Source: an uncultured Solirubrobacterales bacterium | GTDB lineage: Bacteria; Actinomycetota; Thermoleophilia; Solirubrobacterales; JBBDJG01 | DNA: 64,000 nt | NCBI GenBank assembly: GCA_963826005.1 | Contig: CAWGVJ010000014.1 | Location: 14,017-78,016 of the forward strand | Reading direction: 5' to 3' | Shown here: in pieces, positions 10,307-22,758 of the stretch | Position numbering within the stretch: position 1 is the stretch's first letter | Layout: every line of letters begins with the position of its first letter | Notes under the pieces: model-generated | What the model saw: only the letters and a program-made list of their open reading frames with translations | What the model was told of the DNA's origin: nothing | The model's database searches: none | Program-made: the position numbers and the translations under genes

Positions 10307-10792
10307 GTTGTGCACGATGACGCCCGGTCCATCACCGCCAAAGACAGCAAAGTTATGCGTGCCCTCCACCTGCATGTCATAAACGGGCACCGGATTGTTG
10401 GTCCGGATTCGAGTCACCGATGACACCGAGTCTGATGCGGTCGCATCGGCAGATGAAGGTGCCGCTCCGACAGCAACTCTCTCCAGTGCGCCCTCGCGAA
10501 GAGGCGTCCCCACGATCAGGTGCCGAGCCTCCACGTAACGGCCGTCGTGGGTGAGCCAGCGGTGCTCGGGGGTGCAGCGAACGTTATAGCCGCGGGCAGT
10601 GCGGACCTCTACGAGGTCCTGGGTGTGGCCTGCTACCCAGACATCTGAGATCGGGCGTAGAACGTGCTCATCCGCCGATACGTCAAACGAGAAGACCTCA
10701 GGCAGCTCTTCGCCGGATGTAGACCGCTCATAGAGATCATCGAAACGGACCATGCCTTCGGATGTTTGGACCAACGTCTCACCGACAAGGCA
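10307..10792 (-). mobile_element. mini-intein (162 aa, in frame) at the NPC/SEYM site of NrdJ
   Basis: Starts CLVGETLVQTSEGMV and ends THNFAVFGGDGPGVIVHN, followed by +1 Ser. No endonuclease domain. Confidence 0.85.
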
Positions 10793-11413
10793 GCACGGGT
10801 TCGAAGCGTTGATCCGCCCGGTGTTCGGGCACGTGTGCCAGTCGTTGATCGTCGTGTCGTACTGGATGCCCGGGTCCGCGCAGCGCCAGGCCGCCTCGGC
10901 GATCTCGTTCATCAGGTCGCGGGCGTTGAGCGTGTCGATCGTTTCGCCGCTCACGCGCGCGATGGTCTTCCACTCGTCGCCGCGCTCGACGGCGTCGAGG
11001 AACTCCTCGGTCACGCGCACCGAGTTGTTCGCGTTCTGGTACTGGATCGAGTGGAAGCCCTCGCCGTCGATCGACATGTCGAAGCCGGCTTCGGCGAGCG
11101 CCGCCGCCTTGTCCTCCTCGTTCGCCTTGCACCAGATGAACTCGCGGATGTCCGGGTGGTCGACGTCGAGCACGACCATCTTGGCCGCGCGCCGCGTCTT
11201 GCCGCCGGACTTGATCGTGCCGGCCCAAGCGTCGGCGCCGCGCATGAACGAGACGGGGCCGGAGGCGAGGCCGCCCTTGGAGAGCTGCTCCTTCGAGGAG
11301 CGGATCTTCGAGAGGTTGATGCCGGAGCCCGACCCGCCGCGGAAGATCATCCCCTCCTTGGTGTTCCAGGAGAGGATCGACTCCATGGTGTCGTCGACGG
11401 TCAGGATGAAGCA

Positions 11414-12576
11414 GTTGTGAACGGCGATGTTGTTGCGACAGGTACTCGCCGGACTCCGTCTGGATGTCGTAGACCTCCTGAACGCCGCAATTGTCGATCG
11501 CGACGATCTCTTCTTCGCGCAGGTCGCGGGCACACCTTCAGTCCAGGAAGCGCCAAGCGACTCGAGGAGCTTCGTTTGCTTGTCTCGCCCGACAAAGCCG
11601 ACGAGCTCCGCGAAGCGAGCTCGCTCAGAGCCGATGCCGACGATCACCTCGTGCAGGTCGTGGCGATCGTCGCGCTTCTCCTGCTTGCGAAGCCGGCGCG
11701 AGTGGATGCCGAGCATATTCAGCAGGAGCTGGACGTCTTCTGTCCAGCGCTCACCGATGACGGCGAAAGCGACCCGGCGCTCTCGAGTACCGCTCATCGT
11801 GTCGCACGCGTCACGTAGCCGTCCGCCTGGAAGATGCTTCGCAGGTAGTTGGCGACCTCTAGGTGGCTGCCGTCCAAAGGCGGGATGGGACCCGAATCTC
11901 GGTTCCGCGATCGAGCAATTCCCAGCGCTCGACGAACTCGCGAAGACCTCTCCGTACAGGCGGATGCGACGAACGCGCGTCTCCGCGGTGTCGGCCTCGC
12001 GAACCTTGCAGTGAACGTCGGGCAAGGCGATGTCGAGGTTCTCGATCACCCACTCGAACTCGTCGTCGCTTCGCGACTTGGAACTCAATCGTCAGCGATC
12101 GATTGGTTCCTGCCTCGTACTGCCCGACGAAACCGTCGGCCTGAAGCCAGCCGGCAAGCGCGGCCTCGGCAGCAGAGACACGCGTGGTCTGGTCGTCGAC
12201 GAGCTCGCGTCTCAATCTCGGCGGGATCGCATTCGCCCCCAGCGGGCCAGCAGCCACGAAGGACCGGCTGAGACGACGGCTCGGTGCGGATGCAGGTGCA
12301 TGCGCATTCCCGGCTCGAGCTGGTCGACGCGCAGCCACTGCGGCTCGGTGCGCCGCTCGCGCAACGCCTTGACGACGTGGTCAGCGGTCGCCTCGACGAA
12401 GTTCCGTTGCGAAGCCGTACGCGCTACACCGGCTTGCGGCCATTCGCCTTGACGGCGACTACGCGCGTGTACGCCGTGCGCGTCGTAGACCTCTCGGCCG
12501 ATTTGCTCCTCTCGACCATCTCCCCGATCGGAACCATGCCCTCGGAGTCGACATCGAGTGCGTGATAGGGCTGGCA
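11414..12576 (-). mobile_element. large intein with LAGLIDADG homing-endonuclease domain at the QCSA/CFIL site of NrdJ, disrupted by at least 5 frame changes
   Basis: Begins C-QPYHALDVDSEGMVPIGEMV. LAGLIDADG blocks LAGWLQADGFVG and YLRSIFQADGYV. Terminal blocks VYDIQTESGEYL and NNIAVHN, followed by +1 Cys. Length of 1163 nt is not a multiple of 3. Confidence 0.75.
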
Positions 12577-13042
12577 GGCCGAGCACTGCGGCTGTCTCCT
12601 CGAAGCCGACGTTGAACCAGACCGGCGAGTTGAAGGCCGCAAGCTGGTTGACCAGGATGTGGGTGAGCTCGGCCTCGAAGGCGTCGGCGTCGTCCGCGGT
12701 CGCGAAGTAGCGGCCCTCGCGCCCCCACTCGGCGATCGTGCCGGCGACCCGGCCGACCATCTGCTTGACGGAGTGCTCGCGCTGCGGGGAGCCCATCTGC
12801 CCGCGGAAGTACTTCTGCGCCACGATGTTGGTCGCGTTCTGCGACCAGCTCTTGGGGAACTCCACGTCGCGCTGCTCGAAGGCCGGCTTGGCCGGATCGC
12901 CGATCAAAGCGTGCCGCGTCTCCCACTCGATCTCGTCGAACGGATGAACGTCAGGGCGCGTGAAACGCCGCTCGATGGCCAGTCCTGCGTCCGCCGCGCG
13001 GACTCCATGGGTGGTGCCGATCCCGTCTCCGATTCTGGCCAT

Positions 13043-13678
13043 CTACCTACTCCTCCAACTCTCGAAATTTCCCTCGGTCAACCCCGCGAGAGCGGCTTTG
13101 GGAGCCGCATTTCCGGTCTCAGGGGGTAACAGCGCAGACTGACGCCGGGTTCGGACAGACTTGGGCTTCCGGCCGCCTCCGCGAGCCTCGTCACGCGACT
13201 GCTCGAAGAGGTGCTCGCGCTGCAGCGGCGGCTCGCTCTCGAGCCGCTCCAGCTCCTGCTCGAACTCCTCCACGTCCTCGAACTTGCGGTACACGGAGGC
13301 GAAGCGCACGTACGCCACGGCGTCCAGCTCGCGCAGGCCGCGCAGCGCCAGCTCGCCCACCTCCTCGACGCCCGGAGTGCCTCCGCGGGCGCGCAGCTCG
13401 GCGACGATCCGGTCGACGAGCGCCTCCAGGTGCTCGCGCTCGACCGGCCGCTTGATCGCGGCCCGCTCGAGGCCGCCGAGCACCTTGGCGCGGTCGAACT
13501 CCTCGCGGCGCCCGCTGCGCTTGCGGATGTACAGCGGTCCCTCGTCGTAGCGCTCGTAGGTCGTGAACCGGCGCTCGCACGAGCGGCACACGCGGCGCCT
13601 GCGGACGGTGTCCGCAGGGTCACTCAGGCGTGAGTCGACGACCTGTGAGTCGTCGTGGCCGCAGAAGGGACAACGCAT
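13043..13678 (-). CDS. nrdR: transcriptional repressor NrdR
   Basis: Intact 211-aa ORF. Zn ribbon MRCPFCGHDDSQVVDSR...RRRRVCRSCERRFTTYE plus an ATP-cone. The TAG stop (13045-13043) directly abuts the nrdJ ATG (13042). Confidence 0.9.
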   Translation of the reverse strand: MRCPFCGHDDSQVVDSRLSDPADTVRRRRVCRSCERRFTTYERYDEGPLYIRKRSGRREEFDRAKVLGGLERAAIKRPVEREHLEALVDRIVAELRARGGTPGVEEVGELALRGLRELDAVAYVRFASVYRKFEDVEEFEQELERLESEPPLQREHLFEQSRDEARGGGRKPKSVRTRRQSALLPPETGNAAPKAALAGLTEGNFESWRSR

Positions 13679-13687
13679 GTACCGAGT

Positions 13688-13703
13688 CTACAAGATGTAG
13701 TCC
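13688..13703 (-). promoter_or_regulatory. candidate NrdR box 1
   Basis: CTACAAGATGTAGTCC with inverted repeat CTACA/TGTAG. About 10/16 match to my recollection of the NrdR-box consensus acaCwAtATaTwGtgt. Lies 10 nt upstream of the nrdR start. Confidence 0.45.
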
Positions 13704-13719
13704 CTAATTCCACCTCGAG

Positions 13720-13735
13720 ACACCACATCTAGTGG
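13720..13735 (-). promoter_or_regulatory. candidate NrdR box 2
   Basis: ACACCACATCTAGTGG, 12/16 to the consensus on the minus strand. Centre-to-centre spacing to box 1 is 32 bp, the usual tandem spacing. Confidence 0.5.
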
Positions 13736-13790
13736 ATACGGAGCGGAAACTGGGCGATTAGGACACATTAGCCCCGATCGTGGGCAAATC

Positions 13791-14105
13791 GTGGTCGAAA
13801 AGCCCCTCCCTGCGGGGAATCCGGACCACGTGTACAAGTCCCGGCCCGAGATCATTGGACCGCGGGCCGTGGCGAAAAGGCCTCCCGGCCGCCACCATCG
13901 ACCCGTGGCCAGCGCTCCTCGTCCCCCTCGCTCGGCGCGCTCTGCGTCTGGCGGAGATCCTCTCCTCGGCGAGGTGCGCTGGCGCCTGTTCCGCCGCGAG
14001 GACCTGCCGGAGCGCATGCGCCGGCTGCAGCGCCTCGAGGACGTGGCGGCGGCCGAGACGCGGCGCAACGGCACCGCGCCGGAGACCGAACCGGAGGCTC
14101 GCTAG
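13791..14105 (+). CDS. hypothetical protein; only the C-terminal ~50 codons look coding
   Basis: Very high GC3 in ...GEVRWRLFRREDLPERMRRLQRLEDVAAAETRRNGTAPETEPEAR. The upstream part is ambiguous and may have a frame change. Confidence 0.25.
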   Translation: MVEKPLPAGNPDHVYKSRPEIIGPRAVAKRPPGRHHRPVASAPRPPRSARSASGGDPLLGEVRWRLFRREDLPERMRRLQRLEDVAAAETRRNGTAPETEPEAR

Positions 14106-14126
14106 CATCGGCCAATCGCCTGGGAC

Positions 14127-15434
14127 GTAGTCATATCGGGAGGTGGCTTCGGCGGCTTCTACGCCGCCCGGACGCTGGAGCGGCTCCTGCCGCCGCAGAG
14201 CGCCCGGATCACGCTCGTCAACGACGTCAACTTCCTGCTCTACACGCCGTTCCTGCCGGAGGCCGCGGCCGGCATGCTGGAGCCGCGCCACGTCGTCACC
14301 CCGCTGCGCGACGTGCTCGAGCACACGCGGCTGCGGATCGGCGCGGTGACCGCGCGCGACGCGGCGCGCCGGACGGTCACGATGGTCGACCAGGAGGGTG
14401 CGGAGCACGAGTGCAGGTACGACCGGCTGGTGGTCGCACACGGGTCGGTCTCGCGCGTGCTGCCGATCCCGGGCCTCGAGGAGCACGCGATCGGCTTCAA
14501 GTCCCTCGCGGACGCGATCTGGCTGCGCAACCACGTGATCCAGTGCCTGGAGATGGCCGACGCCACCGACGACCCGCACCGCCGGGAGGAGCTGCTCACG
14601 TTCGTCGTGGTGGGCGGCGGCTACGCCGGGCTGGAGGCCCTGGCCGAGGTGCAGGACTTCGCCGCCGACGCGCATCGAGCAGTACCCGGCGCGCGCGCCT
14701 GCACGGGATGCGCTGGATGCTGATCGAGGCGACGGATCGCGTGCTGCCCGAGATCGACGCGTCGCTGGCCGACTACGCGATCCGCGAGCTGCGCGGCCGC
14801 GGCATCGACGTCCGCCTGGGGACGACGCTCGAAGAGGCTCACCGCCAACTCGGTGCGGCTCACGACCGGCGAGGTGCTGGCGACCCGGACGGTCGTGTGG
14901 ACGGCCGGGGTGGCGGCCCATCCCTCCGTGCGCAACCTCGGGCTGCCGACCGACGCGCGCGGGCGCATCGTCGTCGACCGCTACCTGCGCGCCCAGGGCG
15001 AGGACGACGTCTGGGCGCTCGGCGACTGCGCCGCCGTGCCGGATCCACGCAAGGACGTCGAGTTCTGCCCGCCCACGTCTCAGCACGCGGTGCGCCAGGG
15101 CAGGACGGCGGGCCACAACGTCGCCGCGTCGCTCGGCGTCGGGCGAGGCGCGAGCCGTTCAGCTACAAGTCGATGGGCCAGTTCGCGAACCTCGGCCGCT
15201 ACAAGGCGGTGGCGAAGGTGTACCGCTTCCAGCTGCGCGGCTTCCCCGCGTGGTGGCTCGCCCGCACCTACCACCTGAGCCAGATCCCGGGCGCCGCGCG
15301 CAAGGTGCGGGCGGTGGTGGACTGGACCGTCGGCCTGCCGTTCGCAGCGCGACATCGCCGAGGTCGGCACGATCGGCCAGCCGCGTCCGCTGCGCGCGGA
15401 CGCATACGAACGCGCAGGCACCCACCGCACCTAG
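14127..15434 (+). pseudogene. ndh: type II NADH dehydrogenase (NDH-2), frame-disrupted as assembled, start unresolved
   Basis: VVISGGGFGGFYAARTLE...LLYTPFLPEAAAGMLEPRHVV, VVVGGGYAGLEALAE, WMLIEATDRVLPE, VVWTAGV, DDVWALGDCAAVPD and PPTSQHAVRQG are spread over three frames (ORFs 14274, 14411, 14853). At least 5 frame changes. No canonical start codon precedes the GGGFGG motif. Confidence 0.75.
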
Positions 15435-15532
15435 AGTCTCACCGGTAGGCATGGGTCCGCTTCGACGAGCCGGTGCTGGCGCGCCGCACTGGCAGAAGCT
15501 GGACGACCTCGCCGCCCGGATCTGCGACTGAG

Positions 15533-18053
<2,521 letters not shown>

Positions 18054-18057
<4 letters not shown>

Positions 18058-18479
18058 GACTCGACCTCGCCGTCCTCTTCACGCGCCGAGATCGGCACCT
18101 GGCGGGGCTCCTGCGTGTCGGCGACCGGCAGCTCGACGCGCAGGATGCCGGCCTCGTAGGTGGCGCGCGCCTGGTCGGCCACGACGTCGGCGCCGAGCTG
18201 TATCTCGCGCCGGAACGGGCCCTGCTCGACCTCGATCTGCTGGTACACGCGACCCTCGGTGTCGTGCGGCTTGCGCTCACCCGAGATCACGAGCACGCGC
18301 CCGCGGACCTCGAGGTTCACGTCGTCGAGGCCGACCCCCGCGAGGTCGGCGCGGATCACGGCCTTGGGCGGGTCGCCGCAGTAGTACACGTCGACGCGCG
18401 GGCTGAAGGCGCGCCGGTGCGGGGAAAGGCCCGCGCGGGACCACACGTCGCCGAACAGCTCGTCGATCTGCCGGCGCAT
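18054..18479 (-). CDS. Hsp20/alpha-crystallin small heat-shock protein
   Basis: 141-aa ORF with an alpha-crystallin core (PRVDVYY...AVIRADLAGV...ISGERK...GPFRREIQLG...YEAGILRVELP). In-frame DPFANFDR upstream, and an ATG at 18519 in another frame, suggest the true N-terminus is about 13 aa longer with one indel. Its TGA overlaps the lon GTG (GTGA). Confidence 0.85.
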
Positions 18480-18598
18480 GCGGTCGAAGTTGGCGAAGGG
18501 ATCTCTCGGGTGGGGTCATCTCTCTATTCCTCGATAGGCGCCGCACCGCACGCCGTCAAAAGGCACCATGTCGGCCCGTGGCAGGAACACGGCCAAGG

Positions 18599-19533
18599 TT
18601 AGCGTTTGAGCTCCGGGCTGGCCCGGGGGATCAGGATCTGCTGACGACCGGCACGGGTGCGGGCTGAGCGAGGTCCGGCGCGGGCGCTGGAGGCTTCGGC
18701 CGGCGCCGCCTCCGTCGCCTCCGCGGGCTGCGGCTCACCCATGATGAAGACGGCCCCCTCGCGGGCCACGGACACCGGCCCCGAGAAAGCGCGGGTCGCG
18801 CACTGGCGCACCCACAGCTCGTCGAGCTCGTCGGACACGTGGGTCAGCAGCACAGCCTTCACGTTCGCCCGGGTGGCGTGCTCCGCCGCCTCGGCGGGGG
18901 TGAGGTGTCCGCGGATGCCGGTGCGCTCGGGGCGCGGGAGCGTCGCTTCGACGATCAGCAGGTCGGTGTCGCGCGCGAACTCCACGAGCTTCTCGTTCGG
19001 AGAGCAGTCGGCGCCGTAGGTGATGCGCCCGCCGCCGTTCACCGACGCGATGTCGATCGCGAACGTCTCGGTGAAGTGCGGCACGTCCTGGAACGTGAAG
19101 CGCATCGAGCCGATCTCGATCACGTCGTCCGGGGAGAATTCGCACAAGCTCGAACGCGTTCTCGATCAGGTCCTCGTTGCCCCACGCGCCCACCACGCGG
19201 CGGAAGCATTCGGTCGCGCCCCGCGGCGCGAACAGCTTCGGTCGCGCCGGGCCGATCCGTTCCCGGCCACCGGTCGACGGGCATCGGCTGCTGGCGCGGC
19301 GCGTACGTGAGCGCGTACGAGAACGGGACGAGGTCGAGGAAGTGGTCGGCGTGCAGATGCGAGATCACGACCGCGTCCACCTTCGTGTAGTCGCGGTAGC
19401 GGCGAAGCTTCGAGAACACGCCGTTGCCACAATCGAGCAGTACGGTGCTGCCGTCCTCCTCGAGCAGATAGCCGCTGCAGGCACCATCCGCGTCCTGCCA
19501 GGACGGAGACTTCCCGAGCACGGTCAACCGCAT
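18599..19533 (-). pseudogene. MBL-fold metallo-hydrolase, 2 frame changes as assembled
   Basis: MRLTVLGKSPSW...LLDCGNG...VVISHLHADHFLDL (19120..19533), VGAWGNEDLIENAFEL (18735 frame), and the C-terminal part with LLIVEATL...HLTPAEAA (18599..19147). Confidence 0.7.
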
Positions 19534-19620
19534 AGTCTCGCTTCCCTCACCTCAAGTGCATTCTGACACCAAATCCCGGTCGCGAATCCACCGTGTGACG
19601 GTGATCACACAAGCGCTTGC

Positions 19621-20844
19621 ATGAGCGTCGGGTTCTCAGAGGCGCTGCTGCTGCTCGGCGCGATGCTCGCCGTGGCCGCCGTCCTGTCGGGCTGGCTGCG
19701 GACCAGCGTGCTGAGCGTGTCGGTGCTCGCCGTGGTCGCCGGGATGGCGCTGGCGTCGGGAGACGTGGTCGACGTCGACAGCCGGTCCGACGTCGTCAGG
19801 CACTCGATCGAGCTGGCGCTGATCATCACGCTGTTCTCCGACGGCCTGCTGGTGGAGCGCGAGCTGCTCGGAAGGCACTGGGGGCCCGCGGCCCGCGCGC
19901 TGATCATCGCGATGCCGTTGACGATGGGCCTGCTGGCGGTGTGCGCGCAGCTCGCCTTCCCGGAGCTCGGGTGGGCCGAGTGCTTCCTGCTCGGGGCCGT
20001 GCTCTCGCCCACCGACCCGGTCGTCACGTCCAGCGTGGTCACGATGCGCCGCGTCCCCGGGCTCGTCCGGCACACGCTCAATCTGGAGTCCGGCCTGAAC
20101 GACGGCCTCGCGCTGCCGCTGGTCCTCTTCTTCCTCGTGCTCGCCGAGCCGGGGGGCGACGCCGCGCAGTCGGCGCTGGAGCTGCTCGGCGAGGTCGCCT
20201 GGGGCGCCCTGATCGGCTTCGTGCTCGCGTACTCGGCCGGCCACGCGCTCCGGCGGCTGCCGGAGGGCGGGATCGCGCGCAACTACGAGGGCGTCTTCGC
20301 GCTCGGCCTCGCGCTGCTCGCCTACGGCCTCGCGGACGCGACCTTCGGAAACGGCCTGATCGCGGCATTCGTGGCGGGCGTTGCGCTGGGCGTGGCCGAG
20401 CACGACATCCCGGTGGCGTTCCAGCAGTTCAACGAGAACGTGAGCGCCGTGTTCCAGGTCGCGACATTCTTCCTGTTCGGGGCCCTGATCGTCGACACGC
20501 ACTGGGGCCACGGGCCCGCGGCGCTCGTGCTGTTCATCGGGTTCGCGCTGCTCGTGGCGCGGCCGGCGGCCGTGCTGGTCTCGCTGGCGGGCACGCGCCT
20601 GGCCCGGCCCGTGAAGCTCTTCATCGCGTGGTTCGGGCCGAAGGGAGTGGCCTCGATGCTGTTCTCGCTGCTGGTGCTCAACTCGGCCGCGCCCCACAAC
20701 GAGCTGATCTTCGGCGCGGCGTCGTTCGTGATCCTCGCCTCGATCCTCGCGCACGGGCTGACCGACACGGTCGGCAGCCGGTGGATCGCGCGCCGCGTCC
20801 CCGAGGAGCCCGGGCCCGACTGGGGCCCCCCGGGGACGGTGTAG
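19621..20844 (+). CDS. cation:proton antiporter (Na+/H+ exchanger family)
   Basis: Intact 407-aa polytopic ORF with LSPTDPVV and ESGLNDGLALP motifs. Confidence 0.85.
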   Translation: MSVGFSEALLLLGAMLAVAAVLSGWLRTSVLSVSVLAVVAGMALASGDVVDVDSRSDVVRHSIELALIITLFSDGLLVERELLGRHWGPAARALIIAMPLTMGLLAVCAQLAFPELGWAECFLLGAVLSPTDPVVTSSVVTMRRVPGLVRHTLNLESGLNDGLALPLVLFFLVLAEPGGDAAQSALELLGEVAWGALIGFVLAYSAGHALRRLPEGGIARNYEGVFALGLALLAYGLADATFGNGLIAAFVAGVALGVAEHDIPVAFQQFNENVSAVFQVATFFLFGALIVDTHWGHGPAALVLFIGFALLVARPAAVLVSLAGTRLARPVKLFIAWFGPKGVASMLFSLLVLNSAAPHNELIFGAASFVILASILAHGLTDTVGSRWIARRVPEEPGPDWGPPGTV

Positions 20845-20854
20845 GCGGCGTTGC

Positions 20855-21083
20855 TCATCCCTGAGCGTTGGGGGCGTCGAATGCGAAGAGGTCGGGCCGG
20901 CGGCCCTGGCGGAACACGAACGAAAGCTGGCGGGGCGGGCGCAGGCCGTCGGGGTGGGCGGGGCGGAAGGTCGGGCAGGGCTTCTTGTCCTCGAGCGCGC
21001 ACAGCATGTTCTGATGGAAGAAGCAGTCCTCGCAGCGCGGCTTGCGTGTGTTCCGCGTCCCTGCCTGAGCCCGCTTCGGGCAC
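20855..21083 (-). pseudogene. small Cys-rich conserved hypothetical protein, one frame change
   Basis: Own translation: GTG at 21083 preceded by GGGAGG gives VPEAGSGRD. A shift then leads to ..TRNTRKPRCEDCFFHQNMLCALEDKKPCPTFRPAHPDGLRPPRQLSFVFRQGRRPDLFAFDAPNAQG, stop 20857-20855. Length of 229 nt is not divisible by 3. Confidence 0.35.
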
Positions 21084-21343
21084 CGGCGCTCACCTCCCGG
21101 ACCTCAGTTTGCTGCACCGCTTGCCTCCCCTTAGTCGTAAGCATGTTCGTGACCGGGCGCCATCGTGGCCAAGCCGCGCCGGGTTGTCCAGGCGAACATA
21201 CGTACGCTTCACCCAAATCGCCGGAACTTCGCCTCCGCCCCACCGCACCGTAGTCCGCACCAAGCGGGAACGACGGCTTGTTTAGATGACGGGCGTGCGC
21301 CGTCTTCTCCCCCGCCGCTCGTGGCTGCGGCCGTGGCCGTTCC

Positions 21344-22758
21344 TTGCTGATCGTGCTCGCCACGCTCGCGGGAGCGATCGGCGCCCTCAGCGTCTACCGC
21401 TCGGACCAGGAGCTGTCGACCGGGACGGTGCGGCTCGGAGTCGATCCCGGTCACCGGGGCGCGCTCGACATCTACGTGCCGCTGGTGGACTGGGGAGCGC
21501 GCTTCCATTCCGTGCGGCTGCCCGCGCGCCTCAAGATCGAGGCGCGGACGATCGAGAGCCAGGCGATCGGCCGCGTCGCCGGCGGCCAGGTGGACGTGGA
21601 GCGGCTGCGGCTGGAGGCGCGGGACGCGATCGAGACCTACATCCGCCGCCTGGTGCTGCTGGTGGCGGGCGCCGCGCTTGCCCTCGGCGCCCTCGTGGCC
21701 CTGGCGCTGCGCGGCACCTCGCGGTACGGGGTGGCCGCAAAGCTGGGCTGCGCGGCCGCGACCGCGGTGCTCGCGGCGGGCGCGGTCGCACTGCTCCTTC
21801 CCCCGCACGAGCCCGTCGAGAACCCGGAGTACTACGCGAACGGGTCGGCGATCCCGGTCGCGCTGCGAGCCGCCCAGGACGCGACCCGGTCGGCCAACGC
21901 CCTCAGCCAGGACATCGACGACCAGCTGCTCAACCTCGCGCGCCTCATCGCGATCCCGCGCGAGCGGCCCGACCTGCGTCCCCTGCCGCGCCTGACGCTC
22001 GCCTCGGACCTGCACAACAACGTGCTGGCGCTGCCGGCGCTCGAGCGCGCCGCGCGGGGCCGCCCGCTGTTCTTCGCCGGCGACCTCACCACCAGCGGCG
22101 TGCCGCTGGAGGCGGCCCTCACCAGGGAGGTGGTGCGCGCGGGCAGGCCATTCGTGTTCGTGTCCGGCAACCACGACTCCGACACGCTCTCCCACGCGCT
22201 CGCCCGGCGCGGCGCGATCGTGTTGACCCAGCGCGGACGGCTCCTGCCCGACGGGCGGCACGGCGCGACGGTCGTGCGGGCCGGGGGCATCCGCGTGGCG
22301 GGCTACAGCGATCCGTTCGAGCGCCGCCGGGCCGACGGGTACCGCGCGCGCCGCGAGCCCGACGTGACGGAACCGCAGCAGCGCGCGTTCTGGGGCTGGC
22401 TGCGCCCGCTCGTGGGACGGATCGACGCGGTGATGGTGCACTCGCCCGCGCTTGCCGCCCTGGCGCTGGACGAGCTGCGCGCGAGCCCGCCGGCCGCGCC
22501 GCTGGTGTTCCTCACCGGCCACACCCACGAGCAGGCGCTGGTCGAGTCCGAGCATGTCGTGCTGCTGAACGGCGGCACCGTCGGCGGAGGAGGCGCGGGG
22601 AACTTCCACGAGAACCAGCCCTACGGCCTCGCGATCCTCACCTACAAGTCCCAGCCCGTCGTTCGAGCCGCTGGCCGCCGACCTCGTGCGGATCGACCCG
22701 CGCGAAGGATCGGCCAACGCCGAGCGGCACCTGCTGGAGGCAGCTAGCGGACCGGAGT
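21344..22758 (+). pseudogene. membrane-anchored metallophosphoesterase, probable frame change near 22650
   Basis: TM segments at the N-terminus. Motifs ASDLHNN, FFAGDLTTSG, FVSGNHD, LTGHTHE. The Arg-rich tail of ORF 21344..22747 is replaced in the neighbouring frame by a protein-like FEPLAADLVRIDPREGSANAERHLLEAASGPE ending at 22758. Confidence 0.6.

Larger units (their letters stand above)
8608..13042 (-). pseudogene. nrdJ: class II (B12-dependent) ribonucleotide reductase NrdJ with two inteins; frame-disrupted as assembled
   Basis: Exteins are 12577..13042, 10793..11413 and 8608..10306. Motifs: [78 protein letters not shown], and a C-terminal Cys ribbon CSQCGGMMQRTGSCYTCSSCG. Frame changes near 12600 and 9640 in the exteins, plus several inside intein 1. 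Confidence 0.85.

Noticed and set aside
8123-12088. 1321-aa single ORF on the minus strand
   Set aside because: It is a chimera. The last 136 aa are a separate NTF2-like gene with its own ATG at 8533. The stretch 8534-9640 is out-of-frame read-through of the NrdJ C-terminus. The rest is NrdJ extein plus inteins.
13043-13180. Cobalamin riboswitch or leader between nrdR and nrdJ
   Set aside because: The nrdR reading frame stays open through this stretch, and its TAG abuts the nrdJ ATG. I could not recognise a B12-box.
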